A stretch of DNA of 47,404 bases from Alphaproteobacteria bacterium (GTDB lineage: Bacteria > Pseudomonadota > Alphaproteobacteria > Sphingomonadales > Govanellaceae): NCBI GenBank assembly GCA_003695065.1, contig RFJA01000070.1:1-47404 (forward strand). The letters run 5' to 3'. The notes beneath the pieces are model-generated. The model did not search any database. It was not told the DNA's origin and saw nothing but the letters and a program-made list of their open reading frames with translations. The position numbers and the translations under genes are program-made. Of the stretch, positions 47,201 to 47,404 are shown piece by piece (within the stretch, counting starts at the first letter, position 1; each line of letters begins with the position of its first letter).

Positions 47201-47359
47201 TTCCGCAGCGAAGACCTGCGGCGGCAGGGTCTCATCGAACGGTTTGGTGGCCACATAGCTGCCTGGCACGCCCGGCCTGGTACCAGGCTCGCCGCGCCAT
47301 TTCTGCCAGATCAGCATCAAACTCTGCCATATTCCCGTCACCATGATCGTTCTCGCCAT
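44258..47359 (-). CDS. Large membrane-embedded patatin/cPLA2-like phospholipase
   Basis: The oxyanion motif LSGGGIRS lies at residues 87-94, the nucleophile elbow STVSGGGY has Ser at 121, and the catalytic Asp motif LTDGGHLENLG has Asp at 856. The cPLA2-like motifs FYRDRLSKAYL (672-682) and SGAAAAPNMG (771-780) are also present. About 7-8 hydrophobic helices lie between residues 285 and 662. Confidence 0.75.
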   Translation of the reverse strand: MARTIMVTGIWQSLMLIWQKWRGEPGTRPGVPGSYVATKPFDETLPPQVFAAELESINARRKRLGLPEITDDGGRPHARHGLAGLALSGGGIRSATFNLGVVQTLARNGVLAQIDYLSTVSGGGYLGACLSSCFASAPADSDIVISGVPRGAALRGATLKDDDCWHVSAQSQAALELTLPCATTPQTIRLWAESMAPDGRRLPATIRPRGALPDGVVVTTEHGKAGSTLRIQLDGDAAGHGLGLSLAAGVDAFPFHHCVGVPEGAAFRHLRDNSNYLTPRKFLAGLRLPALFLRGLLVNFLILLPLLLGASLLTLWIAGGEIREALLTEERTVVIDPREVAPWLISSDDHANRFDLDLDILLAGPTPLVERYDFVAVSGLGGDIWPASPGQEHRTTVIVPTATPVLPLVLRTAATTSPRLTVHAWKESAGTGRPAATNPTVALRDRVFSSLRWGVVAVLGLLALYPVFQWLSEHVAGRSWATRDWLTRYLAGGAVLAIALTGFVTIQPLAITWLHALGSVRLTGLGDGAEVTTMASAILLGAGVLFSGPLAGRASGLAGRIGLVSLAVAGPLVVWLFYLGLCRWALIPATAPGWLAALADALGDPAAILTPVAGATGVLGSGVAWLLAPLHDGWQWSGETSAIAMVYGLVGIMAFLVTRFFYDVNATSFHHFYRDRLSKAYLVDPWTGDGTVRHNDRQLLSGLDEALAPYHLINTTLNIQTSKGANLRGRGGAFFTFSRNYVGGPLTGYRATTEMEALHPPLDLGTAVAISGAAAAPNMGAETHRALTFVLTLLNIRLGYWLPHPRAFSGDAFRVPVVGRLARTLLAPLSRVTPVHLLREMMGLLDETGRHINLTDGGHLENLGIYELLRRRCRLIIACDGEADPDMTFKGLANAIRLARIDLGITIDLDVDALRPSANGGWSAAHGAIGRINYGAGDYGYLVYIKSSMTGDEPVSIRKYRDDDPDFPHQTTADQFFDEAQFEAYRALGHHVGEAVLGGVLGESSGQPGAVVSAGDVAALVDRVAARYAANTS

Positions 47360-47404
47360 CGTTTCCGTTTCGCGGTCGGGAATAAAGACGGGCGGGCGGG
47401 GCCG

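Overview
The window reads as an alphaproteobacterial chromosome segment at roughly 60% GC. Supporting signs are a two-piece permuted tmRNA gene, a DUF2065 gene between hflC and degP, and an Irr/ICE-like box. Most of it is conserved housekeeping: mreBCD-mrdA-rodA, leuA, ilvIH-ilvC, miaA, serB, degP, hflKC, apbC, thyA-folA, ssrA and nhaA. I found no rRNA genes and no CRISPR array.

The accessory or unusual parts are:
1. A Cys-type sulfatase / FGE / TonB-receptor / AraC locus (2.0-8.2 kb) whose receptor gene is frameshifted.
2. A 4.7-kb integrative mini-element in tRNA-Lys(CTT) (8444-13145), bounded by perfect 46-bp repeats. It carries a P4-type integrase, a HigBA-like toxin-antitoxin pair, an excisionase-type HTH, a winged-helix protein, a zinc-ribbon ORF and an HUH-motif Rep-like protein. 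Internal duplications point to a mosaic or tandem history.
3. An orphan QueC-like PP-loop protein next to that tRNA.
4. A rubrerythrin / CCG Fe-S / DUF3501 operon.
5. A relic of a second beta-carbonic anhydrase, cut off by a TonB-receptor gene.
6. A 1033-aa patatin/cPLA2-like lipase whose catalytic Ser and Asp motifs are separated by about 735 residues, including a multi-helix membrane block. It lies convergent to a MAPEG gene.

The best candidates for undescribed biology are items 2, 3 and 6. None can be assigned a function from sequence alone. All product calls come from motif recognition by eye; no searches were run.
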